From Novakomyces olei (taxonomy: Eukaryota), in assembly GCA_016906335.1 (NCBI GenBank), contig JADEYG010000003.1, forward strand, positions 1,488,001-1,552,000: 64,000 nt of DNA, read 5' to 3'. This document shows, one piece after another, positions 37,883 to 48,348 of the stretch. The translations under genes were made by a program, and so were the position numbers. The notes beneath the pieces were generated by a model, which saw only the letters and a list, made by a program, of their open reading frames with translations, did no database searches and had not been told where the DNA came from. How positions within the stretch are numbered: the stretch's first letter is position 1; every line of letters begins with the position of its first letter.

Positions 37883-39747
37883 ATGACGGACTCCGTGCCA
37901 CAAGCGCCATCGGCGCTTGAATTGAATATTATAGCCGAATGCTCAACAACAAAAGCTCGCGCAACGGTATTTATAATACAATTTGTCTGTTAGAAGAAAG
38001 TGCTTATTCGTTTAGGTGTTGACTCTGCCGCATGGGCCTGTGGAAACTCCTGTTTTTATGCCGTAAGATTTGTTGGAATTCAAGTACTGATTGAAGTGTC
38101 GGGACGCGTAGGTCGCTAATGTAGACTATGGATTTTCTAATACGCAAGAGGGTACTTTGAAAGGACTTACACAAAAGCAACTTGAAAACCTCGGCTGCCA
38201 GGTAATTTCTTGCCCTTGTGTTTTGACGCACTAATGTCTAACTTTCAAGATTATGCTGAACAATACTTACCACCTGATATGTCTATAATTATTTGTCGTT
38301 GCTCTATTTTCTAATTCGACTACGGGTTAAAACCTGGCCAGGACACTCTTGATTTTATTGGCGGCGCTCACCTTTTTCAAAACTGGCATCGTAATATTCT
38401 TACGGGTAAACGCTTTTCTTTGACATTGATAACATTTTTCTTCATACGCTAATAAACTTTTCCAAGACAGCGGCGGTTTCCAAATGGTCTCGCTGCTCAA
38501 ACTTGCAGAAATCACGGAAGAAGGTGTCCGGTTTCTCAGTCCTCACGATGGAACTCCAATGCTTCTTACACCAGAACACTCTATATCCCTACAGAATTCT
38601 ATCGGAGCTGATATAATGATGCAATTGGATGACGTTGTTTCATCAGTTACCACGGGGCCCCGTGTGGAAGAAGCAATGTGGAGATCTATTCGCTGGCTGG
38701 ATCGGTGTATAAAAGCAAACGCGCGCCCTCACGACCAGAACCTTTTTGCTATCATTCAGGGAGGCCTTGATCCGGACTTAAGGCGAGTCTGCTGTCGCGA
38801 AATGGTTAAACGCAATACTCCAGGAATTGCCGTTGGTGGTCTAAGCGGTGGAGAAGCGAAAATGACGACTTTCCAAGTGTGCGAAATATCCTATATCCTT
38901 TATATTTTATCCTTGTTTGATTGTGTTTTTAATACCCAGGGTAAATGCTTGCACTGACGAACTGCCACGAGAAAAACCGCGCTATTTAATGGGTGTAGGC
39001 TATGCTGAAGATATGATTATCGCCGTCGCTCTCGGTATTGATATGTTTGATTGGTAAAATTTTTATTTTTTATTAATTTATTTATTTATTTATTTGTTTA
39101 TTTTATTTATTTAATTTTTTTCTCAAAAGAGCGTTTGTTTTATTGCATAATGGATAGCAGATGATTCACCCACAGTGTTTTAATATTATTTGCTTGTTCT
39201 ATTCTTTCGAATCTATCATGTATATTTTTCAATCGTTCTCTTGGTTCTTGTTTTCATCAGATGCTAATTACAGCGTTTATCCCACAAGGACAGCGGTACG
39301 TATAGACATCCATAGGTCAATGCTAACATTCAGCGATTCGGAAACGCAATTACACCCAAAGGTGTATTAAATATGAAGAATCGCGCTTTTGCCCAAGATT
39401 TTTCTCCAATCGACGATTCTTGCACGTGCCCGTATTGCCAGCCCGGGAAGCATCGGATTACACGCTCTTTTCTCTTTCATACGGCGTGTAAAGAGGCAGT
39501 TGCAGCCCATATACTAACAGTTCACAATGTGCATTATCAGGTATGTCGGTTCTTTGCAATAGTCTAACTTGATGCGCAGCTGAATTTAATGCGTGAGGCA
39601 CGAAACGCTATCATAAAAGACCAATTCCCGTCTTTTGTTAAACGATTTTTTATGGTTCTCTACAACGGGGATCGGTCGAAATACCCAGAATGGGCGGTTG
39701 AGCCTTTGCGACTAGTGAACATAGACTTGCTGGCAGATCAAAATTAG
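37883..39747 (+). CDS. QTRT1: Queuine tRNA-ribosyltransferase catalytic subunit (eukaryotic TGT), 11 exons
   Basis: Spliced motifs [88 protein letters not shown], zinc site CTCPYC...HN. Confidence 0.96.
38277..38323 (+). other. Non-canonical AT-AC intron (intron 5 of QTRT1)
   Basis: CAC CTG|atatgt...ttctaattcgactac|GGG TTA AAA CCT; only AT-AC boundaries restore H-L-G-L-K-P. Confidence 0.8.
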
Positions 39748-40198
39748 TTTTGCAATACCTGTCCCAGATTTAAATATCAATATTGTAATGGGTCCAGCCC
39801 AGAAATCTATAGGGTTAGGGTTAGGGTTTTATATCACATGCTCTTGTAAATGTCAAGAGTTGGAGCGCTGAAGTATAACCCCCGTTGTTCTAGAGCAGTA
39901 ATCAAACGCGAAATGACCGTATATAATCATGACCACAGACGCCAATTCCAATGATGAAGACCATCCTTTAGTCCAAATACTACCTGAGCGCGTGCCAAAC
40001 GAACGCGGGAATAAACGGGAAAAGCAATAGACGGACAACACAGCCAGTCGTTAGGTACAAGGATCCGCCATAGGCAACGGACGGCAATGTAAAAAAATAC
40101 AAAACAATCCCGTTGCCCACGCAAACAGGCGATGAGGCAAATCCAGATCAGTGCAAGTTTACCCGTTGCAGTCGAGCATACTACAATATCCGAGCCTG

Positions 40199-41092
40199 TT
40201 ACAGCTCAATCAAGTCCGGCTGAGACTCACTCGTTTGCCGACGAAGCCGCCGTATTGAGCCGACGCCCAGTTCAATAAGATCGCTGATACTTGTGCGGCC
40301 GCTAGAACTTTCCTCCTTTGCCGGTGCAGTGAGAGCAGGCACTGGCTGTCGAGTATGACGCGCAGGCGGGAAGTAGGAGAGAAGCTGTCTCGGGTACAGT
40401 CCGACGGTACACAGCCCAAGACCGGCCAGTTCGGCACAGTGCTGAGGAACAAAAAGCTCAGCAAAATCAATGTCCACAGGCAGAGGACATGCCGCAGCGT
40501 GGTCCTCCCTTACGACTCCGTGTTGCAGTAAATCTTGCAGGGGAAACACGATATCGACTTTTGATCCAAGCGAGTCAGAGGGCCACATTCGATTGTACCG
40601 ACGCAATTTCGCCTCTGTCGTATGAAGAGCCAGCACGAGTCCCGCCAGTGTATCCTCTCCGGGTTTCACGTGGTAAACGGCTATTTGAATATTGTCCTTT
40701 TGAATATTGTCCTTTTGAATATTGTCCTTTTGAATATTGTCCTTTTGAATATTGTCCTTTTGAATATTGTCCTTTTGAATATTGTCTTTATGAATATTGT
40801 CTTTATGACTATTGTCCTTTTGAATATTGTCCATTTGAAAATTGCCCATTACAGTATCGGCAGCTGCCACTGCTCCATTAGACGGAGCGTCGCTGTGCAT
40901 CCATGCTGGGAAGCGGCCAGCACGAATATCCGATAATTGGCCCTCTGCCGAATGCTGCGGCAGCGTTATATCAAAGGAGCAGCGACGCGTCTCCTCCAGC
41001 GAATCGCTTGACGCGTCTCCGTCTCCGCGCTGGAGAAACTTGCCAGCGCGTGGAGCGAGACCAAACGGCTCATTGCAGCTGGAATAAACCAT
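40199..41092 (-). CDS. LysM-domain protein, no signal peptide seen; start uncertain
   Basis: YHVKPGEDTLAGLVLALHTTEAKLRRYNRMWPSDSLGSKVDIVFP is a LysM-like motif, preceded by KDNIQ repeats. Confidence 0.7.
   Translation of the reverse strand: MVYSSCNEPFGLAPRAGKFLQRGDGDASSDSLEETRRCSFDITLPQHSAEGQLSDIRAGRFPAWMHSDAPSNGAVAAADTVMGNFQMDNIQKDNSHKDNIHKDNIQKDNIQKDNIQKDNIQKDNIQKDNIQKDNIQIAVYHVKPGEDTLAGLVLALHTTEAKLRRYNRMWPSDSLGSKVDIVFPLQDLLQHGVVREDHAAACPLPVDIDFAELFVPQHCAELAGLGLCTVGLYPRQLLSYFPPARHTRQPVPALTAPAKEESSSGRTSISDLIELGVGSIRRLRRQTSESQPDLIEL
40686..40835 (-). repeat. Coding 15-nt tandem repeat, about 10 copies, encoding KDNIQ/KDNIH
   Basis: (tgaatattgtccttt)n on the + strand. Confidence 0.92.
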
Positions 41093-41357
41093 AGAGCATA
41101 CTCGACGCCATCAAGAATGCATCCGGCCGGTAATAAAATGGGAATTAGTTGTGCTTCAAGTGCGCCTTCAGACACGACCAGGCTCGAGTTTTGTGCCGCA
41201 ATTCTTATACAAGTGCGGGTCCTCTTTAGATTGCCCGCACGGTGGTGCCGCGCGATGCCGACCGGATTATTACTGTGTGCCAAATGTACTGCCAATATTT
41301 CACGGTTTTCACATAAATAATGAATGAATAATAAATTAATTTATAATTAATTAATTA

Positions 41358-41488
41358 TAAATAATAAATAATAAATAATAAATAATAAATAATAAATAAT
41401 AAATAATAAATAATAAATAATAAATAATAAATAATAAATAATAAATAATAAATAATAAATAATAAATAATAAATAATAAATAATAAAT
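41358..41488. repeat. (AATAAAT)n heptamer tract, about 18 copies, in the divergent LysM/MRPL24 intergenic region
   Basis: Direct inspection. Confidence 0.92.
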
Positions 41489-41598
41489 ATGAATTAGGGT
41501 CTACAAATCTTTTGCAAATCTCATACAACTACCTATACAGCTACAATATCTATTGTTTCTTTACGAAATTCATTAGGCACTGATCTAAAATCTTCACG

Positions 41599-42237
41599 AT
41601 GCCTCCTCGTATCCCATCGCTGATCCGGCCGCGCGGGTCGCCCACGCGAGCTTGCTTGCTGCGATGGGCAAAGCCAATGCCTACAAGCAAGCTGTTTGCT
41701 CCGCCGCGAGCGACTTTTAAAAGAGCTGATCGCGGCCTCTACGGCGGACAGAGTATAACATTCGGCAACCATGTACCAAAGGCGAAATGGGGCCGGCAAA
41801 AGACGCGGAGGACTTGGCTGCCCAATGTACGCAACAGGGTTTTCTTCTCAAAGGCTCTGAAAAGGCGTATAAGACTGCGGGTCACTGCACGTGTACTAAA
41901 GACAATTGACAAGTGCGGTGGACTGGACGCCTACTTGACCAGAGACAAAGCCTCGCATCGCCGCCTTTTAGGCGAAAAGGGTACAGAGCTGCGGCACCTT
42001 GTACTTTGTCGACCGGCAATTGAAGCAGAGGCCGCACAAAGGGAAGAAGAAGCGAAAAAGAGTCTGCAGACACGGAAGCAGTTGCAGCAATGGCGCCGGG
42101 AGCAGGAGGAATTACAGCGACAGGAGGCGAAATTGTACGCTAAAGTGGCCAGAAAAATGGCCAGAATGCGGATCGACAGAGTGGAAAAGCTGCCTCCAAA
42201 GGTGAATTACCCTAAACCCACCCTTTATCAAGTATAA
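41599..42237 (+). CDS. MRPL24: Mitochondrial ribosomal protein bL28m (MrpL24)
   Basis: FKRADRGLYGGQSITFGN, KTRRTWLPNV, LRVTARVLKTIDKCGGLDAYL. Confidence 0.93.
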   Translation: MPPRIPSLIRPRGSPTRACLLRWAKPMPTSKLFAPPRATFKRADRGLYGGQSITFGNHVPKAKWGRQKTRRTWLPNVRNRVFFSKALKRRIRLRVTARVLKTIDKCGGLDAYLTRDKASHRRLLGEKGTELRHLVLCRPAIEAEAAQREEEAKKSLQTRKQLQQWRREQEELQRQEAKLYAKVARKMARMRIDRVEKLPPKVNYPKPTLYQV

Positions 42238-42591
42238 AGACTGCAGAATAATGGATCACTAGTAAAGGTACAACAATCTAAAAATAAAAACGGTAAAAAA
42301 ACCTAATAATAATAAAATTAAAGACAAATGGTAAATTATATCTTTTAGGCGTCAATAGCCGTGTCTGAGCGCGTACTCCATTAAGCGCGATTAAGATTTT
42401 GTTGGTTATGGGCGGTTTTTGCTGTTTAGATAGTCACAAATTACGATTCACCTTGCATTTACTATATATAATACCTTTCCCAATCAAATCCTAAACATGC
42501 CCTTGCTTCCAGCTTGTCTAACCGTTCCACAGACATATTTAGAGTTAAACGTGCGAGACTTGATAGCCCTACCTTATTCAATATATTACTT

Positions 42592-44342
42592 TTAGTTATC
42601 TTCGTCCTCTTCGCTTTGCTCCTCTTCATCTTCATCTTCATCTTCGTCTTCGTCCTGAGTTTCTTCGTCTTCATCATCGTCATCCTTTTGCAGGCTGCTC
42701 ATAAGCCTCCATTCAAACAATGGTGCTTGATTGCAGTCAAATTCAATCTCTTCTTTGAGATATTGCGGCAAAAGTGCTAAAAGTTCTTCGTCTTCTTTGC
42801 CTTCCAGACGCGGCCTGTACAAAATAACGCCATGACTGTCTTTACTTAGGTCCTGTGGTACATGCAAAGTAAAGTGAAGCGACCCACGTCGGCCTTCTTG
42901 AACACACTGGTGAATAACAAAATTGTTATCACTGGTAGTCTCTAATACGTTCAATCCGGAAAGACTCTGATACAAACTCAATTTCTCATCCAACCGCTCC
43001 TGCTGCTTCGTACTAGCTGCCTTATCGTGCGTCGGACGCTGCTTTACTTCTGTAAGTTCTGTTTGAAGTCGGTTTACTGTAATATTTATTAGTATTTTCA
43101 AAAAGTTTATACAATACTTCTATAGAGTATCATACCTTTGGTTTGCAGAGCTTGTATCGTTGACTGATATTCGTTGATTTTATTGGCGTGCTTTTCATCA
43201 TTGGCTATTTGCGCCTCAAGGTGCCTCACATGATCCATAACCGCTGCGTTTTCAGTTTAGAAAAACATTAAAGAATACGAAAATAAAACAATGAAAATAA
43301 AATAAAATAAAATTTCAAATAAATAAATTAATAAATAAATAAAAATGAAAAACGAAAAACAAAAAAAAAAGGGGCAGGAATGCTTACCAGAGAATCGTTC
43401 TTCCGCAGAAGCTCTGTACTCGTCAAAAATCTTTGCTGCATGGTCCACATCGTAGTCTATATTCTTTGCAGGACTAGGCAATTTACGATTAGTAATATCT
43501 CCCATTTCATGACGGCTTTCATTTCTGTCCTGAGACGGCCGAGAATCTTGCTGCGCAAAAGACGGCTCTGTCGGTTTGGGCCGAGCTGGCCTGCTGGCAG
43601 AGCTTGTTGGCTCCTCTACAGGGCTTGACTGCTTTGAAAACTTTTTGTGGCTTGGGCTATACGCACGAAACTTGGAAGTCATACTTTGGCTTATGCTGCT
43701 CACACGTCGTGAAGGCCGACGGGCTGAAGGAGTGGCCGGAGTTCCGGGAGATTTAGCTTTCACTGGCTCAGATTGAGCCACAGCCTCTTCTGCCAAGGCC
43801 TCAGATGGACGTGGTACAATTTTCCTCGGTCGGCCCCGTTTTTTCCTCTCACCCTCTGGCACTTTTGGCTCTACGGATTCCAGTTCCGATTCCAGTTCTG
43901 ATCTTTTGCGTTTACCTGCATGTCCAGAGCCAGTTGTGCTTTGCAAAGAAGCCTTTTGATTTTGTCCAGAAGCAAATGTACTCTGCGCTGTAGTTGCCGT
44001 ACTGTTTCCTACAGGAACAGGTCCCGTGCCTTGAAAAGAAGCCTCTATCTCGGTTTTGTTGGCTGCTGCTTCCTGCTGCCGTGTCGATCGTTTTTGGCCT
44101 GTTTTTCCGGGTTTCTTGTGAGGAGAAGAGTCTGCAATTTGCGAATCTGCACGCGTGTTAGCCGGTTGGTTAAACATGCTCAAAATCAATCATAATCGGG
44201 CCAGAAAACAATGTAAAATTGGTCAATTAAAGCCCAAAAAATTGTGGGTTTAAATGGCTGATTTTGTGCTCATACCCGCCATGTCCGACTCATCGCCCGA
44301 CGACGAATCGTGAACCAGTCTTGCTAATTTTGGGCGCGCCAT
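42592..44342 (-). CDS. pcs1: Monopolin subunit Csm1/Pcs1 with long disordered N-terminus, 4 exons
   Basis: ATG 44342 (MARPKLARLV); coiled coil; C-terminal Csm1 domain (LYQSLSGLNV...CVQEGRRGSLHFTL...YRPRL...LLPQYLKEEIEF...APLF) and acidic tail. Confidence 0.8.
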
Positions 44343-44636
44343 TGATTTTTACGCGTGTTTTGTTTGTTTATGTGCGATGCGCTTTATAAAAGATTAGTCG
44401 CAAGTACAATGAATGTTACAGTAACAAGTATACACTGTAACACCTTTATCCTAATTGTAAATTGTATGTAAGCAATAGGGATTGTTTACATTATATAAAT
44501 TTAGGGCTTATTATTATTATTATTATTCTATACTTTATCAATTTATTGCTTTTACGCAATTTCAGTCTAGTCAACACATCATTTACACTACTCGCTCATA
44601 TTCAAAAATGCCAAATGCACAGATAGATGATTGCAA

Positions 44637-47147
44637 TCAGCTCCAGCCGAAAACAGTGTTTTCAGCTTGCACTGGATGCGAAATTAGGGCTCCAGGCCCT
44701 TCAGAAGGAGACCGTCGATGTCCATTTTGATGCATCATAGCATTAGAAGCTGCGGACGACGATCTTTGACCCAGCCATGTTGTCAGACGTGATCGGGCAC
44801 GCATGGAAAACCGTTGTGCCGGAGCGAATAAAGGCGATGCCTGGTCCTGCCGGGCTCGTCTCCTCAATTCCCTTTTGCCCCATGAATCAGAGCGCCTTGA
44901 AGCTGAGGCAAACTCCTCATTGGCCGATGCTAATCGACGCTGTCTCCTCAGCCGTGCAATATATATAATCAGCCCGACGTATATACAGGCACCGGCCACG
45001 GATCCGATGCCTATGCCAATCATGCTCTTTTGCCCAGGACCGTGTCCTCCGTCAGCATTAAGCGACCCAGACGTAGCGCGTTCAGCTGCATTAGCCTGAG
45101 CTGACGTTGAAGAACTGATCCCGGATGCTCTCCCATCTTTTGCACCGGCGCCAGAGTCGCTTTGCCCATCGTCAGCGACCCGCTCAACCCCAAATGCAGC
45201 ATCGATGAGGTCTACAAGCGAGTGCACACTCGCATCACTGCCAGTACTGCTGCTGGCGTAGAAAGCACTTTTTCGATCACGTACAAGTCCATCCAGCTCT
45301 GAGACTGCTGATCCTGACATGTAAAAGTAGGCCATTGTAGCATTGTAGGCATCCTGTGACGGCTCATCCTGTGACGGCTCTTGGCTTTCACTTTTGCTTT
45401 CACTTTGGCTTTCACTTTTGCTTTCACTTTTGCTTTCCCTGGCAGCATTCTCCGTAAAAAGGGGCCTTGCACGCAGACTCTGGACGACTACCTTTCCACT
45501 GTTGCCGGACAAGACAGACTCGATGCCCTCCGGGAGGTACTCCATAATCTGTGAAATTGATAGAGGGTGGGTCGCAACAAAGCCATAGTTCAACGGCCTC
45601 TGGAACACGACACGGACGAGTTCGCTATCCCGCCCGGGAGGCAGAGTGCTGCCATTCGCAGGGAAGATGACTTGAGGCAGAGAAGGAGTAAAAGTAGAAC
45701 TGGGCTGGGCAGATGTGCCTACTGTACTGCTCGCACTGGCTGCGCTGGCAGACGATGCACCATCGTACAGCAACGTGGAGGGCAAGAAATTGTCTGTAGA
45801 CGGGAGAGTAGTAGGCGTAGCGCTGCCCGTGCCTGTCTCTGTCACTAGTGTCGTAGGCGCTACCGTGACTGTCTGCTGAGTGCTTTGCTCGGGCAGAGGA
45901 GAGCTCGAGCTGGCTGAAGCTGAGCTGGTCTGAGCTGGCTCGGTAGCGCTAGACTGTGCCGTGCCAGTGTATGAAGCTTGAGACGAGCTCGAGCTCGTTT
46001 CTGTACTGGCCTCAGTCTCTGTACTGACTGTACTGACTGTACTGACTGTACTGACTGTACTGACTGTACTAGTTCCTGTAGCAGTTCCTGTATTAGTTCC
46101 TGTACTAGTCTCTGTACTAGTCTCTGTACTAGTTCCTGTACTAGTTTCTGTACTAGTTCCTGTACTAGTCTCTGTACTAGTCTCTGTACCAATTCCTGTA
46201 CTAGTTCCTGTACTGGTTCCTGTAGCAGTTCCTGTACTGGTTCCTGTACTGGTTCCTGTAGCAGTTCCTGTAGCAGTTCCTGTACTAGTCGCTTCTGATG
46301 GGGTAAAAAACACGGTGGAAAAAGACTCGGTGGCGGTCGCTGTATGCGACTGCTCGCTTGTAGCAGTCTGTACGGATTGATTTGTGCTTGTGGGCGTAGA
46401 GACAGTTGCCTCAACGGACGTGGGCGCAGCTGTCTCTGTAGTGTCTGGCTGACTGCCTGTAGTACGAGACGAGGAGGAGGAAGCGCCGGTTGTCGCCGCA
46501 GACGGCTCTGTACTACTGCTCGGCTCGAATGACGATAGCATTCCCGTAGAAGCAGTCGCTACAAAAGAAGCTGGTGAGGACTCTGACTCTGGTGTAGCAG
46601 AGGCCGTCGCTGACGTAGAAGCACTTGTCTCAGACGAGCTTGTCTCAGACGAGCCTGCTGGACTGCTGAGGGTGGTAGACGTCGTTGGTAAAGGGGTATC
46701 AGACGTCGAGGGAGTAAAATCCAGACGAATAGGCGTGGGATAAAGGCCCGCAGAAGCAGTACTTGAGTTTGCCTCAGTAGACGCTGGCAGCGGTTCGCTG
46801 GCAGCGGTGGCAGCAGTCTCACTGCCGCCAGCAGCGGCGGCAGTTGTGGACGCGCTGCTGTCAAACACCTGGCTCTGTAGACTAGAGCTGGTCGGGGTTA
46901 GGGTTAGGGTTAATGTGCCTTCGGTCGGTTCGCTGGGCTGCGCAGTTGTCCTGGAAAACCAGTCTGCCTGATCATAGTTTGTGTACCGCGACGAGACCGT
47001 TTGCGAGGCGGCAGAGGGTTCGTCTCGCGTCGAGGGCTCTGCAAAAGTGCCATTGTTTGCCTGTCGGCGAACAACACTGTGCAGTCTGTGCAAATCAAGA
47101 GCCTCTGCTGAAGCTGCCAACAGCCACACGACGGCGAGGAGACGCAT
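44637..47147 (-). CDS. MSB2: Signalling mucin Msb2/Hkr1 family
   Basis: Signal peptide, long Ser/Thr region, HMH-like domain (VFQRPLNYGFVATHPLSISQIMEYLPEGI), one TM segment, tail ending ISHPVQAENTVFGWS. Confidence 0.88.
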   Translation of the reverse strand: MRLLAVVWLLAASAEALDLHRLHSVVRRQANNGTFAEPSTRDEPSAASQTVSSRYTNYDQADWFSRTTAQPSEPTEGTLTLTLTPTSSSLQSQVFDSSASTTAAAAGGSETAATAASEPLPASTEANSSTASAGLYPTPIRLDFTPSTSDTPLPTTSTTLSSPAGSSETSSSETSASTSATASATPESESSPASFVATASTGMLSSFEPSSSTEPSAATTGASSSSSRTTGSQPDTTETAAPTSVEATVSTPTSTNQSVQTATSEQSHTATATESFSTVFFTPSEATSTGTATGTATGTSTGTSTGTATGTSTGTSTGIGTETSTETSTGTSTETSTGTSTETSTETSTGTNTGTATGTSTVSTVSTVSTVSTVSTETEASTETSSSSSQASYTGTAQSSATEPAQTSSASASSSSPLPEQSTQQTVTVAPTTLVTETGTGSATPTTLPSTDNFLPSTLLYDGASSASAASASSTVGTSAQPSSTFTPSLPQVIFPANGSTLPPGRDSELVRVVFQRPLNYGFVATHPLSISQIMEYLPEGIESVLSGNSGKVVVQSLRARPLFTENAARESKSESKSESQSESKSESQEPSQDEPSQDAYNATMAYFYMSGSAVSELDGLVRDRKSAFYASSSTGSDASVHSLVDLIDAAFGVERVADDGQSDSGAGAKDGRASGISSSTSAQANAAERATSGSLNADGGHGPGQKSMIGIGIGSVAGACIYVGLIIYIARLRRQRRLASANEEFASASRRSDSWGKRELRRRARQDQASPLFAPAQRFSMRARSRLTTWLGQRSSSAASNAMMHQNGHRRSPSEGPGALISHPVQAENTVFGWS
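46021..46290 (-). repeat. Coding tandem repeats in Msb2 (9-nt STV x5; 12-nt TSTG/TATG/TSTE array)
   Basis: (gtactgact)n followed by (ctagttcctgta)-like units. Confidence 0.9.
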
Positions 47148-48348
47148 AAGGAGACAAGTGTATGAAACGAGAGACGGTGGCGTTTAAGCCTGGGCAGCAG
47201 GCCGTGCCTCTTCAGCTCGAGGCTGGCAGTGCAAACTGACCAGCTGGCAATTATGACAGCAGCAGTAGCGGTAACCTTTTCCTCCAATCCAGTTCCGCGG
47301 CAGTCAATCCGTCCTGCTTTAGAGCAATTCGATTAGTGGCGTAGAGCGTCGTTGGTAGCCTCAACTGCCAATTGCCAGCCACAGCAGTCCAAGAATCTTT
47401 TGCCAAAATACTGTAAACAAAAATAGTACCTCTAAACACGGTAGCGACAACAACAGTTCCAAAACGATTTGATTAGCAGTCGGTCATCGAATAGCGGCGG
47501 GCGCGAGTAGGAGTAACGAGCGAAACACTGAGAGTCGACCGGCGGCAGCTTAAATCTCAGTACTGCTGCGGCAGTCAAAGATGCGGGAGAAAAGAACGAA
47601 TAAAAGGCGAAATGCCGTTAGAGAACGATGCAAAATTCAGGGCAAGAAAACAATGGGAGCACGACTCGCGAGCCAGGATTCGTGCCGTGACCGTCCCACT
47701 AACAAATTACTGAGCGCGTAACCCTATACCTCTGCACGGAACCAGGTAAGACCGGCTTTTGGCGCAAACGTCCAGCTCTTTGTTTTTAGAGCCCCTTTAC
47801 TGGAATGCAAAGCCCACACGCGTTAGCAATCCCTTTTGGGAACCGCGTACGTGTCTACCCTGCACGCGTATACACAAGCAAGACTATATGCAGTAAACAA
47901 TGCAGTAAACAATAATCGAGGAAATGAGCAAGTAATCGGGTGCCTGTCCCGAGGCGTTGTGTCGGACAATAATCTATACACTGGGTAAGAACTTATTTAG
48001 AGAAGCATTTTACACAATTAGTATACTGTCATATTAGTACTAAATAAAGGCGAATATTTGTATGTGGATGGATTAGTGACAACGCGGATATAGTGCAATT
48101 TATACTTACTGTTGAAATATGAATCTATTATCCCCTTATATACTTGCCCACTGCTCATCGATTAAGAGAAGTCTGCCATGAGTGTCAATTGTTTGACTTT
48201 GGCCTTTACAAGATCTCACTCAAAAATACATATTTATATATATAGCCAAAGCGAACTCTCATATCCTCTGGGGGATTTCGCTAAGGCAATCGTGAGTTAA
48301 TTTATTCAATTCTACAGTAAGAACAAATTCAAATCAATATTTACAACA

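Noticed and set aside
38277-38323. QTRT1 as a frameshifted pseudogene
   Set aside because: All catalytic and zinc motifs are intact and the interruption carries donor, branch and acceptor-like signals.
40489-40936. FEYCP and NIVLL repeat ORFs on the + strand
   Set aside because: Antisense frames of the 15-nt repeat in the LysM gene.
45860-46414. Alternative-frame repeat ORFs (VQEL repeats; Cys-rich CTD/CTS repeats) overlapping MSB2
   Set aside because: Shadow frames of the mucin tandem repeats.
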